Positions 46,781-56,611 of a stretch of 64,000 bases of DNA are shown here, in pieces. A program made the position numbers and the translations under genes. Below the pieces are notes generated by a model, which saw nothing but the letters and a program-made list of their open reading frames with translations, was not told the DNA's origin and did not search any database. Positions within the stretch are counted from its first letter, which is position 1; every line of letters begins with the position of its first letter. This stretch comes from Planctomycetota bacterium (GTDB taxonomy: Bacteria; Planctomycetota; PLA2; JAEUHO01). The DNA is taken from contig CBDCTJ010000007.1 in the NCBI GenBank assembly GCA_965222115.1, forward strand, positions 1,932,082 through 1,996,081. Direction: 5' to 3'.

Positions 46781-48565
46781 GTGATGCGGAATTCAGCTCT
46801 TTCGGATCTCACCAGGACGTCGGTGTGGATCCTTCTCGTGTTGGTAGGCGTTGCCATTGTTGGGGGCGGGCGCGGCGAACTCGCGCGGGCGGACGGCGAA
46901 TCTGAGAACAAGGCGGCGCCAGCCTTGCGCTACCTCACATCGAGCGACGTGATGCAAACGCTCAAGCAGTTGAAGCTAGATCACACGATGCCCGAAGGCA
47001 TGGATTGCCTCGTGCTCAAGTACGGCAAGAGCGCACTCGATCGACCACTTGCTGCGATATTCATAGGCCGTAAACAGGCGCCCACCGTCTTGGTGCACGG
47101 TGGACTCATGGACCGAGATTGTGCTGGTACCGTCGCTTGCGTGGAATTGGCGCGTCGCATCCTCGCCAATATTGACACCCATACGAAGTCTGTCTCGTGG
47201 CTCATCATTCCCGCGCCGCATCCCGATGCGCTCGATGCGTTTCTGGCGGGAAGACCTAGTAGAACGCACAAGTCCTACTTGGTGGATCGCGACTTGGATG
47301 GCACACGCGGGGAGGACGGACCGCACGATATCAATGGCGACGGTGTGGTTGCCGAGATGCGAATACGAGATGCATCCGGTACCTGGGTTCCCAGCGAAAA
47401 GGACAACGAGTCTTCAAAGAAAGACGAATCAGAGGCATCGCCGAGTTCAGGCCGGGAAGAAATGGAAGACGCCGGTGTGGATGCGCGCCGTGCCGTGTCA
47501 TACCGGCTGTTGGACGAAGGTGCGGACCTCGATGGGGATGGTGAAATCGGGGAAGACCCACCGTCGCTCGACCTCAGTCGCAACATGACCGGTTATTGGA
47601 CGCACGCGGGTCCGTGGGGTGGCGAAGGGCCTTTTCCTGGGTGGGCGCCCGAGACGAAGGCGCTCATGGATCTCACGTACGGCATCACAAATTTGGTGGC
47701 CTGGTACAGCTTCACCAGTTCGGGCGATGAAATCCTCCGCGCGAATGCCAATGGAAAGATCAACGATGCCGATGGCGCCCTCTACAAGCGCATTGCCGCC
47801 GCTTTGAAAGAACGCGTCGGCCTCAAGACCATCAAAGCATCCGACTCCTACGAAGCGGGCAATCCTGGTTGCGATCTCGACTGGGCGGGTGTTCACCTCA
47901 CTGTGCCGGCGTTTCGCGTTCCCATTTGGCGCTTGCCGATGATGCCTATGAAGAAAGCGGCGAAGGACTCTTCTAACGATGAGGAGGTCAAGAAGAGCAA
48001 GGCAAAGGATGAGGCGAAACCAAAGCCATACGCCTCTTGGCTGGCGTGGGATGAAGCCGAAAACGGCGGGGAAGGGTTCATGCCTTGGACTGCACACAAG
48101 CATCCAACGTTGGGTGACGTGGAACTAGGAGGCTGGAAACCCTTCTATCGCTATGAGCCCCCCGAGTCTTATCTCTCCGCGGCAGTTGCGGCAGTCGTCG
48201 AAGCGCCACTTGTTCACAGCGAGTTTGCGCCGGCGTTGAAGCTTACGTTTGAAACCAAGTCGCTCGGGGTAGGCATTGTTGAAGTCACCGCACGAGTCAT
48301 GAACGTTGGCCACGTGCCTACCAGCACAGCGAGTGCCCGTAAGCGCAAGCGCTCCATGAGCGTGCGCGTGGAATGGGACCTAGCGGGTGACGTCACGCTT
48401 GTTGGCGGAAAGCGTCACGTGCGGGTTGGACACTTGGACGCAGGCAAGGCGTCCAAAGAACTGCGTTGGCTTCTCAGGAAGAATGATGGGGCGGCGCTTC
48501 TGGGCACGCTCAAAGCTCGGCATCGTGTCGCGGGATCGGTTTCGGAGGAGGTTCGGGTTCCATGA
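46781..48565 (+). CDS. M14 carboxypeptidase-like protein, probably catalytically degenerate (paralog of next gene)
   Basis: Signal/TM. The region aligned to the HxxE Zn motif of the downstream paralog reads VHGGLMDRD. Shared D-rich module (DRDLDGTRGEDGPHDINGDGVVAEMRIRD vs DNDRDGLIDEDGPDDLDGDGHILQMRIKD). Its stop overlaps the next start. Confidence 0.55.
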   Translation: MMRNSALSDLTRTSVWILLVLVGVAIVGGGRGELARADGESENKAAPALRYLTSSDVMQTLKQLKLDHTMPEGMDCLVLKYGKSALDRPLAAIFIGRKQAPTVLVHGGLMDRDCAGTVACVELARRILANIDTHTKSVSWLIIPAPHPDALDAFLAGRPSRTHKSYLVDRDLDGTRGEDGPHDINGDGVVAEMRIRDASGTWVPSEKDNESSKKDESEASPSSGREEMEDAGVDARRAVSYRLLDEGADLDGDGEIGEDPPSLDLSRNMTGYWTHAGPWGGEGPFPGWAPETKALMDLTYGITNLVAWYSFTSSGDEILRANANGKINDADGALYKRIAAALKERVGLKTIKASDSYEAGNPGCDLDWAGVHLTVPAFRVPIWRLPMMPMKKAAKDSSNDEEVKKSKAKDEAKPKPYASWLAWDEAENGGEGFMPWTAHKHPTLGDVELGGWKPFYRYEPPESYLSAAVAAVVEAPLVHSEFAPALKLTFETKSLGVGIVEVTARVMNVGHVPTSTASARKRKRSMSVRVEWDLAGDVTLVGGKRHVRVGHLDAGKASKELRWLLRKNDGAALLGTLKARHRVAGSVSEEVRVP

Positions 48566-51500
48566 AGCTGTTACGCCTATTGGCATTGGCATGTGTAGTT
48601 GCCGTACTTGCACCGTCGTCTGAAGCCAAAGACGCAGGTTACAGCACGCTGCCGAAGACGGTGAGAGACATTCACTTCGAGCGCTACTACGACGTGGAGG
48701 CGCTTTATGCTGCGATGAAGGTGTTGCATGCGGCTTATCCCAAGGCGTCTACGCTTGAATCCATGGGCAAGAGCCGAGAAGGCCGTGAGCTCTTGGTGAT
48801 GACCATCTTTGATCCCGCGACGGGCGATCCCCACAGAAAGCCGGCCATGTACGTGGACGGGAATACGCATGGCAACGAGGTCCAAGCGTCCGAAGTGTGC
48901 CTCTGGATTGTCAAGACATTGCTTACGAGAAACGATGCGTGGACCAAGTCCCTCCTGCGTCATGTCACATTTTACGTAGCGCCCTGCGTCAATCCGGATA
49001 GCCGCCACCGTTTTTTTCACACGCCTCAAACGCCACACTCTCCGCGCGGTGTCATGCGTCCGGTAGACAACGACCGCGACGGCTTGATTGATGAAGATGG
49101 GCCCGACGACTTGGACGGCGATGGCCACATCTTGCAGATGCGCATCAAAGATCCCGATGGCGATCGCGTCGTTGATGAACACGATGACCGACTGATGCGA
49201 CGTACGAAGGCTGGCGAGAAGGGCACCTATCGCATGCTGGGCCGCGAGGGTCGCGACGACGACCAAGACGGTCTGTTCAACGAGGACGGCGAAGGCAGTG
49301 TGGATCCCAATCGCAACTGGCCCGGACATTGGCGACCCAATGCGGAACAGCGCGGGGCAGGACCGTATCCACTTTCGGAGCCGGAGACGCGTGCCACGGC
49401 GCTATGGATGTTGGGTCGTCCGCACATTGCGGGCGTTCAGAGTTTCCACAACGCGGGCCGCATGATTCTGAGGCCCCCAGCGGCGTTTACCGACAAGGAA
49501 GCCGGCCTGTTGGGTGCCGACAAGAAGCTCTACGAAGAACTTCAGCAACGCGGCCTCCACATTCTGCCTACCTATCGCGCCCTGCAGATTCGCGAGGATC
49601 TCTACCGCGTGTATGGCGGCTTCGTCGATTGGACTTACTTCGATCTAGGCATCTTTTCGTTTACCAATGAACTGTGGGGCGATCTCGACTACGAGCGGCC
49701 CTATGACGACAACGAGAGTTCGGTTGAGAAGCAGCGCGCGCGCTTGAAGTGGAACGACCACGCACTTCACGGCGGCGGCTTTGAGCGATGGCGTGAAATC
49801 GATCATCCCGATCTTGGCAAAGTCGAGGTGGGCGGTTGGAAGCGATTTACAGTCCGCTCCAACCCGGTGGATTATCTGCAGAATACGTGTGCTCGAAACG
49901 GGCGCTTCGCTTTGGAGCACGCCGCGTCGCTGCCTCGCGTGTCGATGACTATCGCTGCGGTCAAAGACGACCCCACGGCATGGGATGTCACGCTCACCAA
50001 CGATGGGTTGTTGCCCACCATTGGTGCCATGGCCAAGAAGCACGGTGTCTTGCCGCCGGATCGCATACGTATGAGTGGAGCCAAGATTGTTGCGGCCGTT
50101 CGTCGGAAGACTGCCGCGCCCAGCACGCCTCTTCCCGTGGAGAGAGGCGTCGTGGAGCTTGAAGGGGGCGTGCCGAGTAAAGGCCGCGTTATGCTGCGCG
50201 TGTTTGTGGAGGGCGACGTTACCGGTGCATCGCTTTCGAGTCGCTTGGGCGGTGAGATTGACGCTGCAGTTGATAAGTCCACGCCAGCCGACAAGGGCGC
50301 GAACGAAGGCGACAAAGGCGACGGAAGTAGCGCCGGGAGCGACGATCGAGTTGAGCGCAGCGAGCGCCCGCAGCCCCTCCCCAAGAACCCTGTTCCCAAT
50401 CCGAACAAACCAGTTGGTGAACTCGTTGACACAGACGAAGAGTCCGGCGACAGCCCTTGGTTTACGAACATCGCCGCAGACGTTGGACTCGGTGACGCTC
50501 AGGCGAAAGGATGCGTACTCACCGATTTGAATGGCGACGGCTACTGGGACCTCTGCCTCGACAAACAGCGCTTTTATCTAAGCAAGAAGGGCGAGAAATT
50601 TACACCCCATGAGAAACACGGAATCGAGTTTCCGGTTGTAAACCATGTGCCTCTTGGCAAAGATGGCAAGGGCAATATGGCCAAGGCCAAGGAGAGGCCT
50701 CACGTTCCGCAGTATCTCTACTTCGCCGACGTCAACAATGACGGTAATCAGGACGCGCTTTGGGGCGTGCACAGTTCATGGGACGTGTTCACTGGACGCG
50801 CTTGGAAACGCGTGCCCGAGTGCGACCACGGGTTACGCAGTCGTGTGTATCTGGGCGATGGCAATGGCGGCTTCAAAGCCGGACCCACGTCAGAGTACAC
50901 AAGTGACGAGAAAGCAGGCCCTGCGATGGCATTGGCCATTGTTGACGTCGACGGCGACGGTGTGCTCGATTTGTATGAAGGGCGCGAGTACCGACAGTAC
51001 GGTGTGCTTTACGGATGTGGCGTAGACCGGCTTTTTGCCGGTGATGGGAAAGGCGGATTCAAGGACCGTACAAACCAAGCCAATCTTGAAACGCGGCCCG
51101 AACCCGGAACAAAGACCAGCTCACGGCCCAGCTATGGCGTGACGCACTGCGACTACAACAATGATGGGCACCAGGATCTGCTGCAACTTGCGTATGGCCG
51201 TCAATGGAATTACCTGTGGAAGAATAATGGAGATGGCACGTTTACAGATGTTGGCCACGAGACCAACTTTGCCGGTGACGCCATCACTCATGGCAAGTAC
51301 CCGCGTGGAAACAAACGGCGTCCCGAGCAACCGTTTCGAAGCAATGGCAATACGTTTGATTGCGCGGTGGGCGACGTGGACAACGACGGCGACATGGACT
51401 TGTTCCTTGGATGCATCTGCCACCGTTGGGCGGGTGAAGCTTCGGATCTGCCGTCGATGCTCTGGAACGAGGGCGAAAAGAACCACTTCAAGTTTCGACG

Positions 51501-52191
51501 CGAAACGGTGGTGGATCTCTTGCCGAAGCGCGAGTTCCGAAGTCCGAACTGGAACTACGGCGATCTTCATGTGGCCTTCGCCGACATAGACAACGATACG
51601 CGTTTGGATCTACTGATTGGCAGCGGCGACTATCCCGATGGGCAGTTCCTGCGTTGCTACCGGCAAAAGGAAGACGGCAAATTCGAAGAAGTCACCGTGG
51701 CGTGCGGATTCAACTGGGAAGGCTGTGGTGCTCTGTCCATCGGAGATATCGACCGTGATGGCGACGTGGACATCGTTGCCGGGCGTTCGCTACAACGACT
51801 CAATAAGGCCCATCGCGAGAAATATATGGGCGGCCTTGAGAAGGGTGTCGTTGGCATATTCCGCAATGACATCAACAATGGAAACCATTGGCTCAATGTG
51901 CGCCTACGCGGCAAAGGCAAAGGCGGCAGCAATCGCAGTGGTATTGGCGCGCGCATCCTCGTCACCACCGGCGAGGTCACGCAAATGCGCGAAATCCGCT
52001 GCGGTAGCGGTCTTAGCAATCATCAAGACCCGCCCGAAGCCTGCTTCGGCCTTGGTAAAGCTACGAAAATCGACAAACTAGAAGTTCGTTGGCCCGGGAA
52101 GAAGTCTAAGTCTCAGGTGTTTAAGAATGTTCCTGTGGATCGGTTCTTGGAGATTGCGGAAGGATCGGGGAAGTACAAAGTGATGAAATAG
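48562..52191 (+). CDS. M14 metallocarboxypeptidase domain plus FG-GAP repeat beta-propeller plus ASPIC/UnbV C-terminal domain protein
   Basis: Signal peptide. M14 motif NTHGNEVQASEV. At least seven FG-GAP-like repeats (DLNGDGYWDL, DVNNDGNQDAL, DVDGDGVLDL, DYNNDGHQDLL, DVDNDGDMDLF, DIDNDTRLDLL, DIDRDGDVDIV). C-terminal ASPIC/UnbV signature (GIGARILVTTGEVTQMREIRCGSGLSNHQDPPEACFGLGKATKIDKLEVRWPGK). Confidence 0.8.
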   Translation: MKLLRLLALACVVAVLAPSSEAKDAGYSTLPKTVRDIHFERYYDVEALYAAMKVLHAAYPKASTLESMGKSREGRELLVMTIFDPATGDPHRKPAMYVDGNTHGNEVQASEVCLWIVKTLLTRNDAWTKSLLRHVTFYVAPCVNPDSRHRFFHTPQTPHSPRGVMRPVDNDRDGLIDEDGPDDLDGDGHILQMRIKDPDGDRVVDEHDDRLMRRTKAGEKGTYRMLGREGRDDDQDGLFNEDGEGSVDPNRNWPGHWRPNAEQRGAGPYPLSEPETRATALWMLGRPHIAGVQSFHNAGRMILRPPAAFTDKEAGLLGADKKLYEELQQRGLHILPTYRALQIREDLYRVYGGFVDWTYFDLGIFSFTNELWGDLDYERPYDDNESSVEKQRARLKWNDHALHGGGFERWREIDHPDLGKVEVGGWKRFTVRSNPVDYLQNTCARNGRFALEHAASLPRVSMTIAAVKDDPTAWDVTLTNDGLLPTIGAMAKKHGVLPPDRIRMSGAKIVAAVRRKTAAPSTPLPVERGVVELEGGVPSKGRVMLRVFVEGDVTGASLSSRLGGEIDAAVDKSTPADKGANEGDKGDGSSAGSDDRVERSERPQPLPKNPVPNPNKPVGELVDTDEESGDSPWFTNIAADVGLGDAQAKGCVLTDLNGDGYWDLCLDKQRFYLSKKGEKFTPHEKHGIEFPVVNHVPLGKDGKGNMAKAKERPHVPQYLYFADVNNDGNQDALWGVHSSWDVFTGRAWKRVPECDHGLRSRVYLGDGNGGFKAGPTSEYTSDEKAGPAMALAIVDVDGDGVLDLYEGREYRQYGVLYGCGVDRLFAGDGKGGFKDRTNQANLETRPEPGTKTSSRPSYGVTHCDYNNDGHQDLLQLAYGRQWNYLWKNNGDGTFTDVGHETNFAGDAITHGKYPRGNKRRPEQPFRSNGNTFDCAVGDVDNDGDMDLFLGCICHRWAGEASDLPSMLWNEGEKNHFKFRRETVVDLLPKREFRSPNWNYGDLHVAFADIDNDTRLDLLIGSGDYPDGQFLRCYRQKEDGKFEEVTVACGFNWEGCGALSIGDIDRDGDVDIVAGRSLQRLNKAHREKYMGGLEKGVVGIFRNDINNGNHWLNVRLRGKGKGGSNRSGIGARILVTTGEVTQMREIRCGSGLSNHQDPPEACFGLGKATKIDKLEVRWPGKKSKSQVFKNVPVDRFLEIAEGSGKYKVMK

Positions 52192-52463
52192 GTGGGGCTC
52201 TTGTGGAGTCGTTCCGTGTTGTCTGCGAGAGGGCGACGCTCATCTCACGCAGAGGCGCAAAGGACGCGGGGGCGCAGAGGGCGGCCTGTTTAGGAGCGCG
52301 GCCTTGCGGAAGTGGGCACTGCTTGGTGGGGGAGGGGACTTGAAGAAAAAGCTCACACGAAGAGCGCCAAGGAACGAAGCGCAGGCGTGGCGGAGCAGTG
52401 TTCGAGAATGTGGAGGAGTGTCTGGTGGCGGGACGGTTTTTTGGAGAAGAAGGCTCTGTCGCG

Positions 52464-54381
52464 GTAGGGACTCCGGTTTCCCGGAGCCCCCCGCACAGAT
52501 CCCGGCGTGCGGATTTCCCGCACCGGGCTCCTGCCTTAGGTAATGACGCGCAAGTTCATGTAGGGACGTTTGTGACGGATGCGAAGGCTTGGGAAGTAGC
52601 GTTTTTCCAAGGCATACATGCGACACCAGGAACACCGTGAGCGTTGGCTACGCCGCCGTAGGTGGTTGCGCCAGATGCGCAGGAGCCGCCTCCGAAAGAG
52701 CTGGAGCGCTGTGCCGTTATCGGGGATGGCATGATAGTTCAGCCAGCCCCGCATAACAGACGCGAGCCATTTAGCCACACGTACGGGTTTCCAGTGGAGT
52801 CGTTTTCGGAGCGCATCACGGATGGCTCGTAGCGTGGCTACCAGTCGATCCGCACGCGTTCTGCGTACAACCTTGAAACGGCCTTTCCGGGTAGTTGCGC
52901 ATATGTGCGTAAAGCCCAGAAACTTGAATGTGGGCGGCTTCCCTTCACCGCGTTCCGCTCGGTTTACCGCTGCAAAGCGGCCAAACTCAATCAGACGCGT
53001 CTTGTCGGGATGCAGTTCCAGCTTGAACGTGTTGAGGCGTTCGCGAAGTTCCCGTAGGAATCGCTCAGCCTCGTTCTTGTACTTGAATCCCACCACAAAG
53101 TCGTCAGCGTAGCGCACGATGATGATGTCACCGCGCGCATGGCGCCGCCGCCACTGGTGGGCCCACAGATCAAAGGCGTAGTGCAGGTACACGTTGGCAA
53201 GCAGCGGACTAATGCCGCCCCCTTGCGGGGTGCCTGCCTTCGTCGGCCTGCGCACGCCATCTTCCATAACGCCCGCGTGCAACCACTTCTTGATAAAGCG
53301 ATGCACACGTTTGTCCGCAATCCGGTGCGAGATGAACTTCATTAGCCACTCATGGTCGATGGCATCGAAAAACCCACGAATGTCTGCATCAAGCACCCAG
53401 TTCACCTTCTTGCGCTCGATTCCCACGCATAGGGCGTCCAGCGCGTTGTGCTGGCTGCGCCCGGGGCGGAAGCCGTAGCTGAACCCGAGAAATTCCTCCT
53501 CGTACACCGTGCCAATCACCTCCGAAGCTGCGCGTTGGACCACGCGGTCCTCAATCGCAGGCACACCGAGTGGACGCTGCCGTCCATCGGCCTTCGGGAT
53601 GTACACACGTCGCACCGGAGGCGCTCGGTACGCGCCGCGCTTGAGGCGATCGGACAAGTCCACGAGATTATTCTCAAGGTTCTTGCCGTAGGCCTCCCAC
53701 GTAACCCCATCAACGCCGGCTGCGCCTTTGCGCTTGAGGCTGAAGTACGCCTCTCGAAGTCGGTCCACGGAGTACACGTGGTGCCAGAGCGTGGTGAACT
53801 TCTCATCTTTTCGTTCCACAGCAACTTGCCGTACCCGATCCATCTTCTGGTTCAGAACATTCCGTATCTGCGCACGGGTTCTGCTTCGTCGGATCGAGTT
53901 CCCCTTGGCCAAACCCCTTCCCTTCACGTCCTCCGCAGACCGGGACGCATCCCGACCCTTGTTCGGTCGCTTCTTCGGTACTACGGGTTTGTCCGACTGC
54001 CTGCGTTCGTTCATCGTCGGCGTGACCTCATTGAGGTTCCCGACGCGGACCCGTTGCCAAAGGCGGGCCAAACGTAGGCTCTCTCAGGTTCCGTATGGAA
54101 ATCTATTGGGGCATGCACCGGGTCTAAGACCGCGCAGGAGCAACTGGACGCTCGCCAAGGACGCACCCAGCCGTGTTGCCTTCTCACGTTGGTGATCGTG
54201 TCGGCCTCCTGGAATTTCATCGTGGTTTCGCGGCTCAATACCGGGCCTACCTCCCCTCTGTCTACGCTTCGCAGCGCGCCCTTACGAGCGCCCACGCAAG
54301 ACACGAGGCCGGCGTGAGTGGCTAGCTCTTCGCCGTAAGACTCTTTCATTCTCTGATCTCCATCGGCTTATCCTGACGCAC
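52464..54381 (-). mobile_element. Group II intron (bacterial, ORF in domain IV), approximate boundaries
   Basis: RT/maturase ORF. Domain V candidate at 52497-52530 (RNA GAGCCCGGUGCGGGAAAUCCGCACGCCGGG: AGC triad, GAAA tetraloop, 2-nt bulge). A following GAAA hairpin ending ...UAC is a domain VI candidate. GUGCG at 54381-54377 (minus sense) as a 5' end candidate gives about 1.9 kb total. Confidence 0.6.
52536..54071 (-). CDS. Group II intron-encoded reverse transcriptase/maturase
   Basis: RT motifs GFRPGRSQHNALDAL, DADIRGFFDAIDH, TPQGGGISPLLANVYL, YADDFVV. Maturase X-domain RGWLNYHAI. The functional start is probably an internal Met near 53843, with the upstream open frame running through domains I-IVa. 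Confidence 0.88.
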   Translation of the reverse strand: MARLWQRVRVGNLNEVTPTMNERRQSDKPVVPKKRPNKGRDASRSAEDVKGRGLAKGNSIRRSRTRAQIRNVLNQKMDRVRQVAVERKDEKFTTLWHHVYSVDRLREAYFSLKRKGAAGVDGVTWEAYGKNLENNLVDLSDRLKRGAYRAPPVRRVYIPKADGRQRPLGVPAIEDRVVQRAASEVIGTVYEEEFLGFSYGFRPGRSQHNALDALCVGIERKKVNWVLDADIRGFFDAIDHEWLMKFISHRIADKRVHRFIKKWLHAGVMEDGVRRPTKAGTPQGGGISPLLANVYLHYAFDLWAHQWRRRHARGDIIIVRYADDFVVGFKYKNEAERFLRELRERLNTFKLELHPDKTRLIEFGRFAAVNRAERGEGKPPTFKFLGFTHICATTRKGRFKVVRRTRADRLVATLRAIRDALRKRLHWKPVRVAKWLASVMRGWLNYHAIPDNGTALQLFRRRLLRIWRNHLRRRSQRSRCSWCRMYALEKRYFPSLRIRHKRPYMNLRVIT

Positions 54382-55022
54382 CACCAAGGACACGAAGGCC
54401 ACCAAGCGCGGCTCGATATGTGGACACTGCGTTCCATGAGGACGATCAAGGGGCGCAAGCGTCGCAGAATGCGGGTCGTGAAGATGGGGAATGGGCTTCA
54501 AGCAGTGCGTTGTTTGAATGGGCACGCTAAGAAACAAAGCAACGAAGGCGCAAGCGTCGGAGAGCGCCTCTTGACGGGGGCGTGCGCATTCGGGGCGGAA
54601 CGCTCTTTGAAGAAGAGAGTCTCTCCCAGGGCAGACGTGAGCTAGCGCTACTGATGAAGTAGTAATTTTGCTCGGAGCGGCGGCGCGGGCTTTAGGTGGG
54701 GTCGTGTCGCTTTGATGGTGGGAGAATGCTAGTTAATTCGCGGTCAACGTTCTTCATGACCCTACGACGGATGATCATTGTCTTCGCCGATAGTAGGCCG
54801 CAACATGGTCAACGGCCCCTTAGGGCCTTGGGTCAATAGCCTTATATGAACAGAGGCCGCCCTGAAAGGGCGCCGGAAGCGCGCATAACGCCAAGGGCTT
54901 GCATATTTCAATTCGATGCATCCGCAAGTCAAACACATTCATTGGAATTGCGGTCAAGAAACGCAGTGCCGTATTCGTCACTCGGGTGCGTCGAATGCGT
55001 TACGTGTGCTATACCTAACGTG

Positions 55023-56285
55023 ATGAGTTTCCCATTCTCACTAACGCACTTCAAACGGCCCGGCTTGCCTGAGTTGGAGATGGTAAAGATTGACGCATCG
55101 GTGATGCGGTCTGTTGCGGCAGGCAATATGGCAGTTGATAGCGCGATTCATGTATTTGTTGGCGACCATGAAGTTTCGCCGGCGGACATTGATGCGATCC
55201 GGAACGCTTGGCCTATCGATGGAGCAAGTTTTTCCGGCGCTCGTGCTTGCGGCCCCAGCGTGTTGAAGGCGATCCTGGCGATTCCATCGCTGAAGGTGTT
55301 GCATGTGCGGGCGCTTGGCGAGGAGTTCAACACGGTCCTCGAGCAGCTTAGTAAGGCCTCGAGTCTAGAAGTGCTGACAACGGACAACTGTTGGGGGATG
55401 ACAGAAAAGGGGTATTCGGAACTCACGAAGTTGTTCAATCTTAACTACCTCTACCTTGAAGAATACAACATGGGGGCGGATGACTTTGCGCAACTGGCGT
55501 CAATACCGTCCCTTGCGAGAATTCGGCTCATCGGCGCGGGTTTCGAGGATCTGTGGCCTCTCTTTGGAAGCAGGAGCATTCAAGAAATTTGGCTGAACGG
55601 AAGAGGAAGGATTTCTGACTCTGAGGTCCTCAAATCTCGCGTGGAGGCCTTGAAGCTAGAGGGCGTGGAGCTGTTCCCCGATGAAGTCGACATGCATTGT
55701 GCCAAACCTCGCCTCGAGCACCTACAAGTTTGGGCGCCCACCTTGTTTGCGGGCGGTCGCCTCAGGCACGTCGCCAAGAATCTTCGCGTCGTCCTTATTC
55801 AGTGTGTTGGAACCGCTTTGCACGATGTGCTGACCGCATTGCAGGCGGCCCCCATCCGCGCCTTGTCGATGAGCAAAATCGATCCATCGGTTGCAGGTAC
55901 GCTGTCAAGCGTGACGGAGTTGCACTCGATGGAGGCGCTTGCGCTCTCCTGCGATTACCTCGACGCTTTGCCGCTGGATGTACTGTCTCGAATGCCGACA
56001 TTGCGTGTGCTCAGGCTAAATGGCACCGCTGGGCGTACAACGATCAGGAACATTCGGGAGATCGTGGACCGTTCGTCGATTCGAATCTTGGATCTTATGC
56101 ACGTCAAGTCATCAGAGGAACTCATTGAGCTTCCCGGACATTCTATGACAACCCTCGTGCGCCATCCGAACGCAACGTGGAGCTTGAGCGATGTGGAGGC
56201 AGCGCTTCATGTAGCCCGTTGGCGGCCTACACATGCCGCCACGCTCAGACAATTTCGGTACTACCCATGGGAAAGCACTGTCTAG
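55023..56285 (+). CDS. Leucine-rich repeat (RNI-like) protein in AT-richer island, unknown function
   Basis: Repeated LxxLxLxxC/N-type segments (SLKVLHVRALG, LEVLTTDNCWGMTEKG, LNYLYLEEYNMG, LARIRLIGAGFEDL, LRVLRLNGTAG). GC visibly lower than the flanking genome. The six-frame ORF extends to 54846; the start was chosen at MSFPFSL. Confidence 0.45.
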   Translation: MSFPFSLTHFKRPGLPELEMVKIDASVMRSVAAGNMAVDSAIHVFVGDHEVSPADIDAIRNAWPIDGASFSGARACGPSVLKAILAIPSLKVLHVRALGEEFNTVLEQLSKASSLEVLTTDNCWGMTEKGYSELTKLFNLNYLYLEEYNMGADDFAQLASIPSLARIRLIGAGFEDLWPLFGSRSIQEIWLNGRGRISDSEVLKSRVEALKLEGVELFPDEVDMHCAKPRLEHLQVWAPTLFAGGRLRHVAKNLRVVLIQCVGTALHDVLTALQAAPIRALSMSKIDPSVAGTLSSVTELHSMEALALSCDYLDALPLDVLSRMPTLRVLRLNGTAGRTTIRNIREIVDRSSIRILDLMHVKSSEELIELPGHSMTTLVRHPNATWSLSDVEAALHVARWRPTHAATLRQFRYYPWESTV

Positions 56286-56611
56286 CCAGAAGTTGCGGTC
56301 AGGCGCGTGTCGCAGTGCGCCAAGGCTAGGCCCAGCGAAACGGGTCGCTGCTCGGGGTTGCGCTTCTTCCCATAGGTTTCGCCCTCAAAAGGTGGCGGAA
56401 TTGTGACGGGATGGGGTTTCGAGGCAATGGGCGGCAGGGTGCCTTATGCGTAGCAGCCTATTCGCCTACGTTGCTTTCTGATGACCCGAATTGCTTGCTA
56501 TGGTGAGGTCTGTCATGGCGTCGATCGATGGGTTGCCGAGGTAGCTCGGTTGCTCGTGTGCACGAAGTTTGGCACCAATGTGAGTCGTCGACCCACGACC
56601 GCTGGAGGAAC

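Noticed and set aside
54846-55022. 5' extension of the LRR ORF (MNRGRPERAPEARITPRAC...)
   Set aside because: It is an AT-rich, probably non-coding leader. The first LRR-like segment begins after the internal Met at 55023. The start remains uncertain.
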